The translations under genes were made by a program, and so were the position numbers. Shown here piece by piece: positions 25,691 through 39,849 of a stretch of 64,000 nucleotides of DNA. Below the pieces are notes generated by a model, which was not told the origin of the DNA, did no database searches, and worked only from the letters and a program-made list of their open reading frames with translations. The stretch is from Camelus dromedarius (Eukaryota), in NCBI RefSeq assembly GCF_036321535.1, contig NC_087447.1, forward strand, positions 34,784,001-34,848,000, in the 5' to 3' direction. Each line of letters begins with the position of its first letter. The stretch's first letter is position 1.

Positions 25691-27362
25691 CTGAAGACAG
25701 GATAATGCTTTCCTGTGCACCCTCTCTCCAACCACTGGCCCAGCTCAGAGGCTGTTTCCCTGCAGTTCAAAGTCAGAGCAAGCTCTCAGTGGTGAAAACC
25801 TTGACCCAGTGGCGACATTTATAAAGTGTGACTTGGCACAGGAAGGAAGCCATCACTTATCTGCAGCCAAGATGGACTTGGCTCCATGTGTTGTTCCCAC
25901 AGGCCAGCTGTCACTGAAACCAGCTGCAACTGGTCTTTCCCAAGAAGGAACATGTGTCAGGCGGGGGGCAACACGTGCCAATTATGGAAGGGTCAGACAG
26001 GGAAGAGTCTGGGGCTTGGGCACCAGTAACTTGACAAAGGGAACCTTTACCATCCCCTGCGGATGCAGCTTTACAAATGTCCAAACTAGGGGAAAATTTA
26101 AGACTCTGTGTTCCACCTGGGAGTCTGGCTCTGCCCAACTCACGTGACGTTAGACACATCAATTCTCATCTCTAAGCCTGGGCCACAAGCATCTGCAGTA
26201 GAGCCTGTACCTTGAGGCTCCCCGTCCAGTCTCTTCAACACAACTGCATCCTAGAGTTTCCTAGCAGCTTAATCCTATTTTGGGAGAACAGTGCTGTTTT
26301 GGCTGCTTACCTTCTTTGCTGGTTAGCTTTGATGGACATTTGGCAGACATCCTCCCCACATTATGCCCTGCCCACCCCCATGCCTTAGCCCAGCAAACGC
26401 AAGGTGTCACGCTGCCTCAAACTGTATCAAACAGAACTTCAAAGGCTGGGCTCCATCTCTTAGGGCAAGGAGACACTTCATCCTCCAGAAATAGTAACAG
26501 TTTTATCTGCTGCAGGAGTTTCCATTAGCCCTTACCTCCCACAACAAACAGAATTCTCACGGAGGAACAGGGAAAACACTGCTCTGAGTGATTGGGTTGG
26601 CGGATCTACTAATGCTTTAGGTTTTAATGATGGGTGATTATTTTTAAGTCATCATTCATATCCATTAGATTCATCATTATCATCACAATTATCCAGAAGT
26701 CATTGCTCAGGAGAGTTCATTCCATAACCTCCTGGCTTTTGTCCAAATACAGCTAGTGTTCTTTAAAAAGAGTGGGGAGTTGTGAGGAATATTGGAAAGA
26801 ACACCAGAATTGGAGTAAAAATGACTAGAGTTTAGGTCTGGGCTCTGCCATGTACTGGAACTGTATGATCTTGGGTAAGTCATTTCACCACTGTGAGCCT
26901 CAATTTCCCCATTTATAAAATAGAGATCGATTACTTACCACATAAGTTGTCATAAGAAGAAAGATAGGGTTCTTTATCCGAAATCCATCAACTTTGATGT
27001 CTGAGTGGGAACAGGAAATGGTAGGGATGCTTTCCATGGTGAGGGGTGTCTTGTCTTTCCCAGGAAGCAGGACACCACCCTGTTTCATGGACCCCTGGCA
27101 GAAAGGATTTGAACATTTGCTGGTACATCCCTTTGAACCCTTGGATATTCTCCTTAGAACTTGTGGTGGGATGGGAGTCTCTGTAGTGGTGGACAGAAGG
27201 ACCCTGGAGTGGAGCATGCTTTCTATACTATCATCACAAGACTTGCCCATCCAGGGTCATCCCATAGTTGCTAGAAATAGAGTTTAGAGAGGCAGAGTCT
27301 GCCTTAGCTTGTCCCCAGGCCAGTGTTCTCCAAACTTCTAGACAAATCTTAATCCTCCCTGT

Positions 27363-27645
27363 CAGCGCTGTCCAAAAGAAATCTAATGCAAGCCACATAT
27401 GGAAACTTAAATTTTCTAGTAACTCCATTTTTAACAAGGTAAAAAATAAACAAGTGAAACTAATTTTAAAACATTTAACCTGATATATAAAAAAATCATA
27501 ATTTCAACATGTAATCAATATACACATTATTAACAGGATACTCTACATTCGTTTTCACTTGTACTAAGTGTTTGAAATCGGTGCACACTTTGCACTTAGA
27601 GGACCTCCTGTGGCAGGCGAGTGGCTACAGTACTGGACAGCACAG
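27363..27645 (+). mobile_element. MER33-like hAT-Charlie MITE
   Basis: Termini CAGCGCTGTCCAA...TGGACAGCACAG with an AT-rich MER33-type interior. Confidence 0.75.
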
Positions 27646-29657
27646 CTCTACTGTGCCTGTGTGTGAAAGCTGGTCAGAAGCCAGGGGGTGGCTACAGGAC
27701 TGGCCAGGACACGACAGGGCACAGGCAGTCCTGGAGAGAGGAAAGAGCACTGGAGTCGGAGTCAAAGGACCTGAGGCCAGTCACGGTTCTGCCACTTACT
27801 GTTATATAATCGTGGACAAGTCACTGATCTTCATTTACCCATGTGAACATTCATTCCCTCACTCACTCGTTCATTCAACGAATGTTTCAAAGACCAACTC
27901 AGGGCTAGACTCTGTGCTAAGTTCTGGGGATATTAAGATGAAACAGTTTTGCCCTCAAGGAACTCTGAGTCTAGAACACCAATGATTATTCAACAGGTTA
28001 TTCTGGAGATGAGTAACTGATGGCAACAATCAGGGCAGAGCCCAGTATATACCTTATATGCTCAAATATAAGGCTTTCCCCCCCAAATCATTCCTCATAA
28101 AAAGGGTTTGCCTTGGCTTCAAAGCCTTATAAAGTCTCTCACGTTATAGAGAGACTATACTGACAGTCTCTCAATTACTTTATTTATTTAAACTTTTCTT
28201 TAGCAGACATTTTTAACACACACAATATTGACATAATTGTTTAATGAACTCCTGTATGCCTGTTTCCCCAGCTACATAACCACCAACCTCTGGCCAATCC
28301 TACCTCATCTACAACCTTATCTTCTTCTCTCACTGTTGTATTCAATTGCCTTATTTTTTTTTAAATAAATTACCATTTGAAAAAAGACTTATTAGTCTGA
28401 AACAAACTTATTCAATGCTAGCTTGCTTATAGAGGTCACTTGATGGAATTGATTTTTTAGAAGGAGGCGAATAAATTGAATGCACATGTATTACTATTCC
28501 TGGGGGTATGACCTCACTATTATAAGCACTGAGTATCACCATAAACAACCTTCAGGGATTACCATTACAAAGCAATACAGTGAGGCGTTAAGCTGTGGAA
28601 ATCCTATACACTTTTTAAAGCTACCCTAATATTATTGCTAATAGGTAAGTCTTGTCAAGATACAATTTCCAAGTGACAGCCTCCTACTCAGGGAAACAGG
28701 GCTGCCTCCCAAAGACGTAGACAGAAGTGGAGATGAGCTGCTCTGGAGAGCTGGGTCAGCTGCCTCAAAAAGACACTGGTGAGAAGGGAAATGCTGATGT
28801 TGAAGATGCAGAAGAATAATTTGGATACAATTGTTTCCTGAATTTGTGTTAGATTAGAAAAGAGTAACATCTCCATATCAACATACTGTTGATTTATATT
28901 ATTAAATATAAGCAGGTACTTGACACTTTCACTTACATCCTTAAAAGTTTATTGGTAAAAAAAAAACTATAAATCTTCTCTTTGGAAAAATGGGAGATTG
29001 CCTTAAATACTAGGTATAACACATATATATAGTATGTGTATAGCTATACTAATAACGTAAAGTATGGGGGATACTTTACATCAGGTGATATACAGTGATG
29101 AGGTGGCTTGAGCCAATACAAACCTAAAAGCAGCTCTTCCTTACCTCCCTTGCTTCCAGAACTGGATCAAAGTACTCTCAGTGGTAACTGTCTCTCTGAA
29201 TATCACAGGCCATGAGAAGTAGAGAAACTGCTCAATCCTGATTCTAATGTGATTAAGAAAAAATAAATCCCTCCTCTGCTTTAGCTTCTTACCCCTTAGC
29301 CACCCTTACACAAATACACTCACACCTCCCCCATGTCTTTTGGGGTGAGATCCTCAGGAACGCAGGTTGTTCCAATTCAGGGACAACATTCTTAGCTGGT
29401 CTGAGACCACATACCAGGTGTCAGTCCTGCCCTCCACCTCTTTCTAGCTGGATACCACTGAAAACATTATTTCCCTTCTCTGTGCTCCGATTTCCTCATC
29501 TGTGAAACAGGACTGACCAGGAATCTAAGACTCACGTCAGATGCTCTGGTCAGGAATCAGAGTTGTGTTCTTGGCCAGAGGGCCCCTCATGCTGGGTCCC
29601 TTGGGTCCGATCAGGGCACTGTAGGTGCAGGGAATGGGGGAGGAATCTCAGCCCTAA

Positions 29658-29852
<195 letters not shown>

Positions 29853-31344
29853 TGAGTCACCGCCCCACTTCTCCCAGCTGGGAAAGCCCCAGCTATCAGG
29901 ACAGTTCATTCTGTTCCCATGGCAACGTTTTCTGGAAGTGGGAGAATGGACTCTATTGTTGACATGCCAACAATAGGAATACTCAGTCTGACCAAGTTCT
30001 CACAATGTGTCATCTCTCCAAAGACTCTCTTTAAATTATCTGCCTTTCTAAAGGGCAATTACTTTTACACCATGGCTCTTGGTTTGCATGTCAAGAGAAA
30101 ACCCAGAATGTACAGATATTCTATTGTTTGACCTTTGCAAAACTGCATGGAGTCTCTTTTCTTCCCCTTTGAGCATTTTTGTGTAAATCATATAAATATG
30201 GCAGGGACGCAATGGCCATTCTCTGTGTGCTTATCATTGAAAGATTTCTTCCCTGGGATTGTAAGATGACTAATGTCCACATCATACGGGGAGTGGGTCT
30301 GTAGGGGTGGGCCGGGCCTCAGGTGTAAACAATCATTATGACTGTTCTGCGGGTCTCCCTGGCTGCCTGTTGCCAATACAGAGTTGAGGTTCCCCGCCAG
30401 TGCTATCACACTGTGCCTCCTCCATCTACCAGTCTGTTCTACTTGATGACCACGCTGACCTCCAGCCCAAAACTGAGTACAGACTGACAGTCACTGGCCT
30501 GCAGCTGCTGTCTGGCCAGCTGGTACCCGGGCTCGGCTCTGCGGTGGGACTGGGCAGAAGGGCCTAGCCCAACAGAGGCAGTGTCCCGTGGAGGGCCTCC
30601 CCTAGAGAACAGTTAGACCATCTGAAGAGTCATCTGGTCCTTTCCAAAAAAGATAGCCCACAGTAGAGCCTGGAAAACTGCAAGGATGTGTGATTAGTTG
30701 TTTAAATTTTTCTCATGACTCAATCCCAACTTTAGACTCTGTTTAAAGAAGAAAGATGGTACCAACTGCATCCTCTGCCTTGAATGAACCAAAGCATATG
30801 GTCTATGTTAGGGCTTTTCTGTGATGCTGCACAGACAGGAAGAGAGTCTGGAGACCTGGGTTTCATCCCAGCTCCACCAGTTACGAGCTGCTGACCTTGG
30901 GCAGCTCCTCCTCTGACCCTCGCTCTCCTCCAGCTAACCCTGCCTACTTTAGAGGGTTATGGTGAAACTCAAATGATAAATGTACAAAGAAACACCAAAA
31001 GATATGGGAACACAGGGTTATTATTATGCCTCTATCTTAGACATTGCTCTCAAGAGGACAGGTGACCTTTGGCTGCAGGGTGACAATTTGAATTGTGACG
31101 AGGAATGCGTCAGCTCATTGGACTATGGTTTGCTTAGTATCAACTGTCAAGATCCTATCTTGCCCAGTAATATTTTTACTCATTTTGGAAAGCAGATCCG
31201 TGGGTTTCACGATGGTACAAGAAAAACCCAAATGAACAATCACAGCAATAATAAGAACACAACAATGACAATAATACAAGCTAACATACATGGAACACTT
31301 GCTAAGTGCTTTACAACAGAAAGGAAAGATGTAAATGAATTCTG

Positions 31345-31525
31345 ACTAACATTCGTGAGCCCTTACAACATGCCAGGCAAGCACTGTTCTAAGTGCTCTA
31401 CTCGTGTGGCCTCATTTAACCTTCTCAACAACCCTGTGAGGAAGGTACCATGACTATCCCCACTTTTCAGATGTGGCGTTTAAGGCACAGAGAAGTTAAG
31501 TAAATTGCTCAAGGTCACATAACTA
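31345..31525 (-). mobile_element. MIR SINE just upstream of CSRP3 exon 4
   Basis: Reverse MIR core 'ctcatttaaccttctcaacaaccctgtgagg...atccccacttttcagatg...aggcacagagaagttaagtaaattgctcaaggtcaca'. Confidence 0.8.
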
Positions 31526-31552
31526 CTACTGTTTGCCAAGGGAATTCTATAG

Positions 31553-31726
<174 letters not shown>

Positions 31727-32859
31727 TGAGCCTGTTTCACTGGATCTGCTGGGAGGAGTGAGAGAGGAAAGTAGCAACTGTGGACAGCTGGGAGCCAGAC
31801 CCTCCTTAGCTCCTAGGAACCACTTAGGAGAGACCCATCCTCACCCACTTTCCCAGGCTGGGACCATCATCCTGCAGTGCCCTAGGAAACTGGAACTCGT
31901 AGAATTTGATGCAATAAGCATTAACCCACTAGATGGGAGGCACCCAGTGAGGAGCTCTGGAGATACATAGGTGCACAAGCTCCCCTTGTCCTCAGGATCT
32001 GCAATCTTTCCAGAATGAGGTCAGCCCTGGGAGCCGCCACACTTGCATAACTCAGCCTGCTGCTGGCATCACACTGATGCACAGAGCAAACACCTCACAG
32101 CAGTGAGCAGCATGCTTGCTGACAAATGTCCTAGCAATCAGGGGGGTCACGCGATGTCTGAGACAGTAATGCACTCTTGTCTACAAGCTCCGGTTTCAGG
32201 CCTGCAGCCAGGGTGTTCGCCAAAGGATTTGGGCCTGAAGACAGACAAAAATCCTGTTTATACTAAATGGGGGGAGGAAGGCCATGGAGAGTGCCTGACT
32301 TCAAATATAGGAGCAGTCTCCACCCCAGGACTGGCCATTTAAACACGGATGAGGACCCTGGGCTGGGCCTGGGAGATGTGCAGATATGCAGGAGGCAGGA
32401 CATCTTCCAAGACACCAACCCTCTCACATCAGAAACACATGGAGAGTCATATGAGGCTGAGTTTCCTGGATGACTGCTCATTTCTTCACCTTTTTTTCTT
32501 CTTCACTTTACATTCAATATGTTACCCACTGCCTCAAGTCCAAGTTCCCCTCTCCCTAGTTTGTTTTTTGATCTTCTAGAAAGGGGAAGCCCTTTTCTCT
32601 TTAGTTTGTTCTGAAAACAAACATATGGAAACCACCTTGATAAATTCATTTTTAGGGGTTCTGAGAATCACTGGCCAAGTCCATAGCATTGCATTTTCTC
32701 CAAACCCCTATAAAAATGATTCTCAGGGCCAATTAGGTGCATGAAAGGCTAAGGCGGGGCAGTCCTCTATATGCTGCTGATTGGGGGACTTAACACAGAA
32801 GTACATGTCCTTCCTGCCTTATTAAATATCTAACTGCCCTACTCTCCTGTGCCCCACAG

Positions 32860-32953
32860 CCCTGGCACAAGACCTGTTTTCGCTGTGCCATCTGTGGAAA
32901 GAGTCTAGAGTCCACAAACGTCACTGACAAAGACGGGGAACTTTATTGCAAAG
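32860..32953 (+). CDS. CSRP3: CSRP3 exon 5: [31 protein letters not shown](V)
   Basis: Acceptor CCACAG and donor GTGAGT bound 94 nt. Encodes the LIM2 core. Confidence 0.97.
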
Positions 32954-34341
32954 GTGAGTGGCTCCAAAGACTCTCCTGAGATGTTTTCCCAGGGAGGGTT
33001 CTTGGGAGGGGAAGCTATGCCCCTGCAAAGAGGCTGGTGTCTGCCAGGATGCATGGCTTCTCAGCCTGAGCTGGTTTGGGCTCTTGGGATGGGGAGCAAA
33101 GCCACCTGAGGGAAAGAAACTTCCTGCTTGACCCACCTCTGGTCCTCTCTACAGAAGCATCTGGGGGACCTAATGCTTGCAGATGCCCAGTGGTTCAGGG
33201 CAGCTGGGCACCTGGGGGAGGAAGGACGAGGAGGAAGCTGTGTCCTGACTGGCCTTGGAAGAGGCCTTAGGTCTGGACAAAAGCATCATATTCCCTTCCA
33301 AAAACTTAAATGTTCTGTCCACTTGACTGGCAGATAAGGGTGATGGGAGGGGGAAGATGAACTCAGTTTGGCCTCTCCCGTATTTATTAAGCACATCCAT
33401 CTCCTTCCTCCCTGACATTTCTGTTTCTGATGTTGCACATCACTTAGTGATCACAGGGAGAGAACTGACAAGCTGGTTTGCCTTCTGGTCCTCACAGCTT
33501 TGCCCCCAGCTGCCTCCATAATCCCTTCATCTTGCAGAGAGGCAACAGAGGCTTAGCTCCTTCCTGATGCTATGAAGAGAAAGGGATGCTTTAGGGCCAA
33601 GGCAATGTGTCCTCAATCTCAGAGCCCCTCCTAGGCCTATTCTGTTTCTCAGCAGGGTCCTCCCACCCCTTCACTCAATGATGGTGTCTCAAGATCTCCA
33701 AATGTGTGTGCCAGAGTGGGGCAGGGGAAAGAGGGAGGACATTACTGTTCAAAATTCTAGGTCACCAAGCTTCTCCTACAATGAGCTGCTTTCTCCTGGC
33801 AGTAGAGGATACAGAGGGTCCTCAGAATTCATAGGCCATAAAACCCTAAACTGTGGCTGCAAGGAGATCAACCTGTACAGAAGTAATTGCACTCTCAAGT
33901 GATAAAAGCTCTAGAAGAGGGCTGGGACCAGTGCAGTGGCACAGAGAGGCCAGTGATCAGCCGGGGGTGTTAGGGAAAGCTTCTTAGAAGACAACCTTCC
34001 TCTGGGTCCTGAAGAGTGAACGTGGCTTTAGGAGGGAGTATTGTGGGAACAGGGAGCAGTGAGTATAAAGGCACCAAGGCCAGGGCATTGCGTTTCATTC
34101 TAGGAACTGCAAGTATTTCTGTGTGCCTGGAGTGCAGGGAGGCAGGCAGAGGAAGGAGGCTGGACAGGCAACCAGCAGCCAGATTATACTGACTCAAATG
34201 AGAAAACATCTCTGAACACACCTAGTGAAGTGCAAACAAGTATATACAGTTTTTGTTAGCAGATCTAAAATAAATATGGTTCAATTTATTTAAAAGTTAA
34301 CTTATAAACATATTTATCAAAAAGATGCCTCTCTAAGATAA

Positions 34342-34503
<162 letters not shown>

Positions 34504-34719
34504 AAAGTGCACCATTTCTCAGATCTCTCATTGGCCTAAAGCATTTGCCAAGTAATCCCGCCCAGATGGAAACCCCTCCACAAACATCCTCCTCAGAATT
34601 CTCTTCAGAAGTGGTCCCAGTCTTTACCCGAAGTTAGAAGAGATTTTGGGAAGAAAATTATTAAAAGTCTAATCCATAACAAATTCTTTGTTATTTACAA
34701 TACCTGGGGTGGGAGAGGC

Positions 34720-34729
34720 AATAAATAAA
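34720..34729 (+). terminator. CSRP3: CSRP3 poly(A) signal (overlapping AATAAA hexamers); a second AATAAA lies at 35019-35024
   Basis: AATAAATAAA about 220 nt after the stop, followed by GT/T-rich downstream sequence. Confidence 0.75.
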
Positions 34730-36227
34730 AAGTTTTAGTGGTACCTTGTATGTCTCTGGATCTTTTCTTTCAAATAGAGGGGAATTAAAAAAAAAGAGAG
34801 AGAGAGAGAGTTAAAAAAAAAAAAAACTAGTGCAGAAGATGCAATGGATTTTGGTGTCAACTGAGGAAGGAGTGAGGAGGAGGAAGGAAAGGGCAAAGGA
34901 AAGCAGTCTAGAATCTGCCAGCTAAGCTTCCTTCTAGTTACTGCCAACGGGGAAGAAAACAGGGGGTCCCAGAGGAAACAGACAACATGGTAGCAAATTC
35001 TAAAAGGAAAATCAAACTAATAAAACTGCTGAAGAGCCGATCCTTTTGTCCCATCGTGGGCTTTGCACTATTACACATTTCATGAAAACTCAGAAATGGC
35101 AACAAAATGTGGAGTCTGCTTCTGTGTTATGAACAACATGAGGATGATTTTCTTTTATTCTGGGACAATTCCCTAAGGTTTAGCAATTTTCTGAAAACTT
35201 CTCCTCCATCAAATTGCCAGACTCACAAATGAAATGCAGCCAATTAAAAACGTCTCCCTCTGCCTCCTCAGCAAGATCTCGACGGCTCACACGTGTGTAC
35301 TTTCTCGCCTCCGTTTTTAACAACCACAGCATTTCTCTCACCACCATGCAATTCTGAATTATTTGGAGAAAATGAAAGCAAATGAAAACCTATTGACAAA
35401 AGTTATGGAACACTAGACTAGACTCAACCACGGGTTTTTCTGTGCTCCAAGTCCCAAGAAGGAGTTCTTTAAAATGAGCATTTATTCAGGGTTGCCTACT
35501 TGTTGTCATAGATAAAGCCCTGCACTGACTTTATTATTTATCTATCATTTGTTTGATGCTCAAAATGCAATTACATCTGATCATTTTTTCTGTCTGATTG
35601 GCATTAATAGAATGGTTCAGAAAAAAAAAAAGCTGGCAGAGGCTGTGTGCCATCCCACTTTTAAAGAGAATGTACAAGTATGCTTTACTCACCCAGAGAC
35701 TCTTGCTGGGGTGATTCAGCCACTGAGTCCACTCAAACAGCCTGAGGATGGGAGTACTGTACATTCCACATTCTCTGGGGAAGGAAGCCTAGGACAATAT
35801 AGTTTTAATTTGTAAACATTTTTCCAGAGCTATATAAGAGATTCTATCATTGTTAATCAAGTAATTAATAATATTACCAGTGATAAACTGAATCAACTAA
35901 ATCAAGTCCCCTTTAATCTGCATGGACTTTAAAAGCAATATACTAGTCTGGCCCTTCACTAGGAAGTCCCCTATCCTAGGGACTTCCAGGCTTGCTGAAG
36001 GGGAGACACACATGAGATGACTACTGGACAATGCAACCTTCTCCTCTACTGCAGTTCACGGTTACCAGCCCCTCATCCATCCAGCCAGGAGACTGAGGCA
36101 AAAAACTTCAGTCATCCTTAGCTTTGCCCTCTCCCACATCCCTCCTTACCTCATTCCCCAAGAATCCCTGATCCTGACTCGAAGACGTCCCTGGAATGCA
36201 TCCTCTCCGTTCCATTCTTTGGTAATG

Positions 36228-36606
36228 TGTATCAGTCACCTAGGGCTTCTGTAATCAAGTACCATGGAATAGGAGGCTTGAACAGCCAAAATTATGTTTA
36301 TGCAGTTCCAGAGCCTAGAAGTCTGAGATTAAGATGTCAGCGGAGTTGCTGTCTCCTGAAGTTTCTCTCCTTACCTTGTAGATGGCTGCCTTCTCCCTGT
36401 GTCTTCACATGGTCTTCCCTCTGTGTGTGTCTGGGTCCTAATTACATCTTCTTATAAGGACACAAGTCATCTTGGATTAGAGACCACCTGAATGACCTCA
36501 TTTTCACTTATCTCTGTAAAGACCCGATCACCAAACACAGTCACATTCTTAGATACTGGGGGTTAGGATTTGGGGGGTATGGGCAGGCACAATTCTGCCC
36601 ACAACA
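36228..36606 (-). mobile_element. MLT1-type solo MaLR LTR
   Basis: Reverse MaLR motifs 'cttgtagatggctgccttctccctgtgtcttcacatggtcttccctctgtgtgtgtct...ggacacaagtcatcttggattag...ggcacaattctgcccacaaca'. Confidence 0.8.
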
Positions 36607-37199
36607 GTATGTCATATAAAGACTCTTTCAAGAATTGGCCTCGAACTTAACCCATTCAACTGAGCTTTAAACAATCTCTCCCACACAATCCCCAGCTACA
36701 CTCAAGACTTGAAGCTTTCCAAACACACCAAGGACCCTCACCCCATCATGCTTTTGCAAATGCTATTCTTCTTGACTGGCATGTCTGGAAGATGGAATTC
36801 CCTCCATCTTCACCCCTTAACTCAACTCCTGAGCCAAGTGAACTCCTATTAAACAAGTCAGGTCAAATGCCATTTCCTCTGCAAAATCTTTCCTGAACTA
36901 CCTGAGCAGGATTAATCCACCTCTGTGTTCCCATAGCTGGTACATAATGAACACAGTACTTGTCTCACTGTATTGAATTTTTAAACTCCCATCTGCCTCC
37001 TTGGTAGAATGTGACACACTTGTATTCACAGTGCTCAAAAAATAATAAGCACTTAATAAACATTTGTGGAGTGAGTGAAGTGGGAGACACTGTAGGCTGG
37101 ACTAAAAGCAAATTCTGCTAGAATTTAAAAGAAGAGACTGTTATATACTGGAGTGAAGGAGCTTGGAAACAAAAACACAAAACAAAGACCCTTACTGTG

Positions 37200-37560
37200 G
37201 CTCAGCGGCATTCGTAGGTCTCCTCTGCTTCCTGGGCACACTGCTCTACCCCATTTCCCAGGCTCCCTAGCAGCGACTGGGATACTTGACTGAGTTGGCC
37301 AGTGGAGGCCTGGCCCCTGAGACCCCCTAGAGAGTCTCCACTCTCTCTTTGTACATCTGTGGATACAGACGGTCCAGTGGACACTGAGGCCCTAGGAAAC
37401 AGTGAAGCCATCAGTTGGGAAGGAGCTTGGGTCCCTGCATGGAAGAATACTTGCTAACATCTAACTGGGCTGTGACAAGAGGGAGAAATAAGTCTTATGT
37501 TGTGTTAAGCCTCTGAGACTTGGGGGATGTTTACTACCGTGTTAACTCCCTTGACTAATA
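37200..37560 (+). mobile_element. Old MLT1 (J/K-like) LTR fragment
   Basis: 3' motifs 'ggaaggagcttgggtccctg...gagaaataagtcttatgttgtgttaagcctctgagacttggggg...cttgactaata'. Confidence 0.6.
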
Positions 37561-38566
37561 TGCACATGAAATACTGGATGGGCTGCCTCCAAGATATTCA
37601 CTGTCAGTGCCCATCCAGTCCATTTAAATCACAAGAGCGTCGTCAGGACTTTGCCTAGTATTTGTGAGAGTGGTTCAAACGTGTTGTCTCCAGTGTGACC
37701 ACACAGGCATTTGGGGAAAGGAATGCAGTTACGGCAAGACAGCGTAACAGTCACATGATTGGGTTTGCTTTGGTTTTAAAACAAACCAAAAACACAGCCT
37801 TGCTATCTACTGCCAAGTTACTATCTTCTCCCCTCTCCTTTCAGAGCCAAACTGTAAGACTAGGTCTCATTTAGTCCTTAGCATCTTGGCATCTGGCTTC
37901 TGAGCCCCCCTCACCCCAACCCTGCCACACCTCCTAACCACAAAGTCTGTTCTTTCCTCAGTTGTTCCTCTCAACCTCGCCTTAGCTCCTGACCACTGAC
38001 ATCTCTGAAATTAGTTCCTGTCCTTGAATTCTACAGGTCTGCCTCCTGATTCCCCTCCTTCCCAACCCCCTCCCCACCCTCCCCTTCCTCCCCAGCTCCC
38101 CAGATCCATATTCCAGAAGGTCAGGTCGCATTCCTGCCCTCCTCCTCTCCCACACTTTGTTTGCATTGGTTGTCATCTTCCCACTTTGGGAGGGCTACTC
38201 CCCTTTTCATCTCATTTTTCTCATTTTTCTACCTTCTCCTGTGACAGTCGCAGCCATCTGGGCAGATGACTCCCCCTCATACCCTGGCCTCTTTCCAGCT
38301 GTCCTAACTTTTCCATTCGATGGCCTGCAAGGACCTCAAACAGCAAGCTCCAGACTCACCACCGAGTCTCTCCACACTGTTCTCCTTCTCAGAATAGCAG
38401 CATCACCTTCTCAGTCACTGGGTTCAATCCTTCAAAGCCATCTTGGACTCCTCCTCCCCTTCCTCTGCCCACATTCAGTCAGTTACAGGGCTGCTGGATC
38501 TCTTCTGTGCCTTCACTGCTTGTTGTCTAGACCTTGATTAAAAGTTTACCTCTAACATTGTCTACT

Positions 38567-39110
38567 TGTCAGGGTCCAGTCAGAAAAACAGAAACCACAC
38601 CAGTTTTTCTAACAGAGAGAAAATAATAGAGGGAATTGGCTAAACAGATGCTAACATTTTTGAAAAAGTTGACAAGGTGAACACTGACTTAACACAGAGA
38701 TGGTAAGTGCAGAAAGCAGCTGCCACCACCCCTGGGGCTGGGGAGACAGAGAGAGGAGATGGGGGTGTCCTCACCCAGATGCCTCAGGGAGAGCGCTCCC
38801 CGGGTCTAGAGGTCAGACCTCTGAGGGGACCTCCCTGCCTGCTAACTGCTGGTGCTTCTAAGGGGCACCATGGAGCTGCTTTGGGGAAAAAGCAGCTGAT
38901 TCCAACTGTCACTGTCGGGGTGAAGGGCCATTGTCTGAATAACACTGAGGGAACAGCTGGCAAGTAGGACAGAGTAGGTCCCTTCTCCCCTCCTCCTTCC
39001 AGGCTACTGGCAGAACTTAATGGAAAGTCAGCTGGAAGGAGACAGTAATTTTCAGAGTCCTAGCCCAGACACACAATGCAGAGTAGAGGGGTAGATTTGG
39101 CACATAACCC
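38567..39110. mobile_element. ERV LTR-like element
   Basis: Begins 'tgtcagggtccagtcagaaaaacagaaaccacacc', resembling old ERVL-type LTR ends. The family is not identified. Confidence 0.45.
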
Positions 39111-39164
39111 TACCACTAGCTTCTCCCTCTCTGTAGTCATTTTTTCAAAGATTTCTGAATAGCC

Positions 39165-39372
39165 AGCATTTATTGAGCACTTACTATGTACCAATTACAA
39201 TTCTAAGCACTTTATATATATTAATTCATTTAATCTTCCTAACAACACTTGGAGGTGTACATTATTATTATCCACATAATACAAATAAGGAAACTGAGGC
39301 ACTAGGAAGCTAAGTCATGTACCCAAAGAGGTGAAAGTAGCTTATAACTGATACACCCAAGATTCAAACCCG
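39165..39372 (-). mobile_element. MIR SINE
   Basis: 'catttattgagcacttactatgtacca...aaataaggaaactgaggcactagg...gattcaaaccc'. Confidence 0.8.
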
Positions 39373-39849
39373 AGGTGCCTTGCATAAAACAGATTCCCAA
39401 ACTTTTTTGTAACTTTCACACCTACATATATCTGAGGGAAAAGCCAAAATAGAATAATGGGGGTGAGTGGGTAGATTCCTTAAGTAAATGATTCTCAAAC
39501 TGTAGCTTGCACATGTAAGAATCAACCAGGGAACCTGACAAAAATTCAGATTCCAGGATCCACTCCTCAGAGACTGACTTAAAAGGTCTGAAATGAGGAA
39601 TTTGAATTTTAAACATGTTGGCCCTAGACACCACCCTCTGTCCCCACTCCTAGCCCTTGATTCTGATGTGAATGGTCTATCGACTGCCATTTGAGAACAC
39701 TAAGTTGGCAGGGGTTGGTGAGTGAGGAAGACAGGATATAACTTGAAAAAAAACACCTGGTCCTAAATTAAGAATCAGTCTTCAACACAACTCTGATCAC
39801 ATCAAATCCTGATTAAAAACCCTTCAATTCCATTCAACAGCCTTATTCA

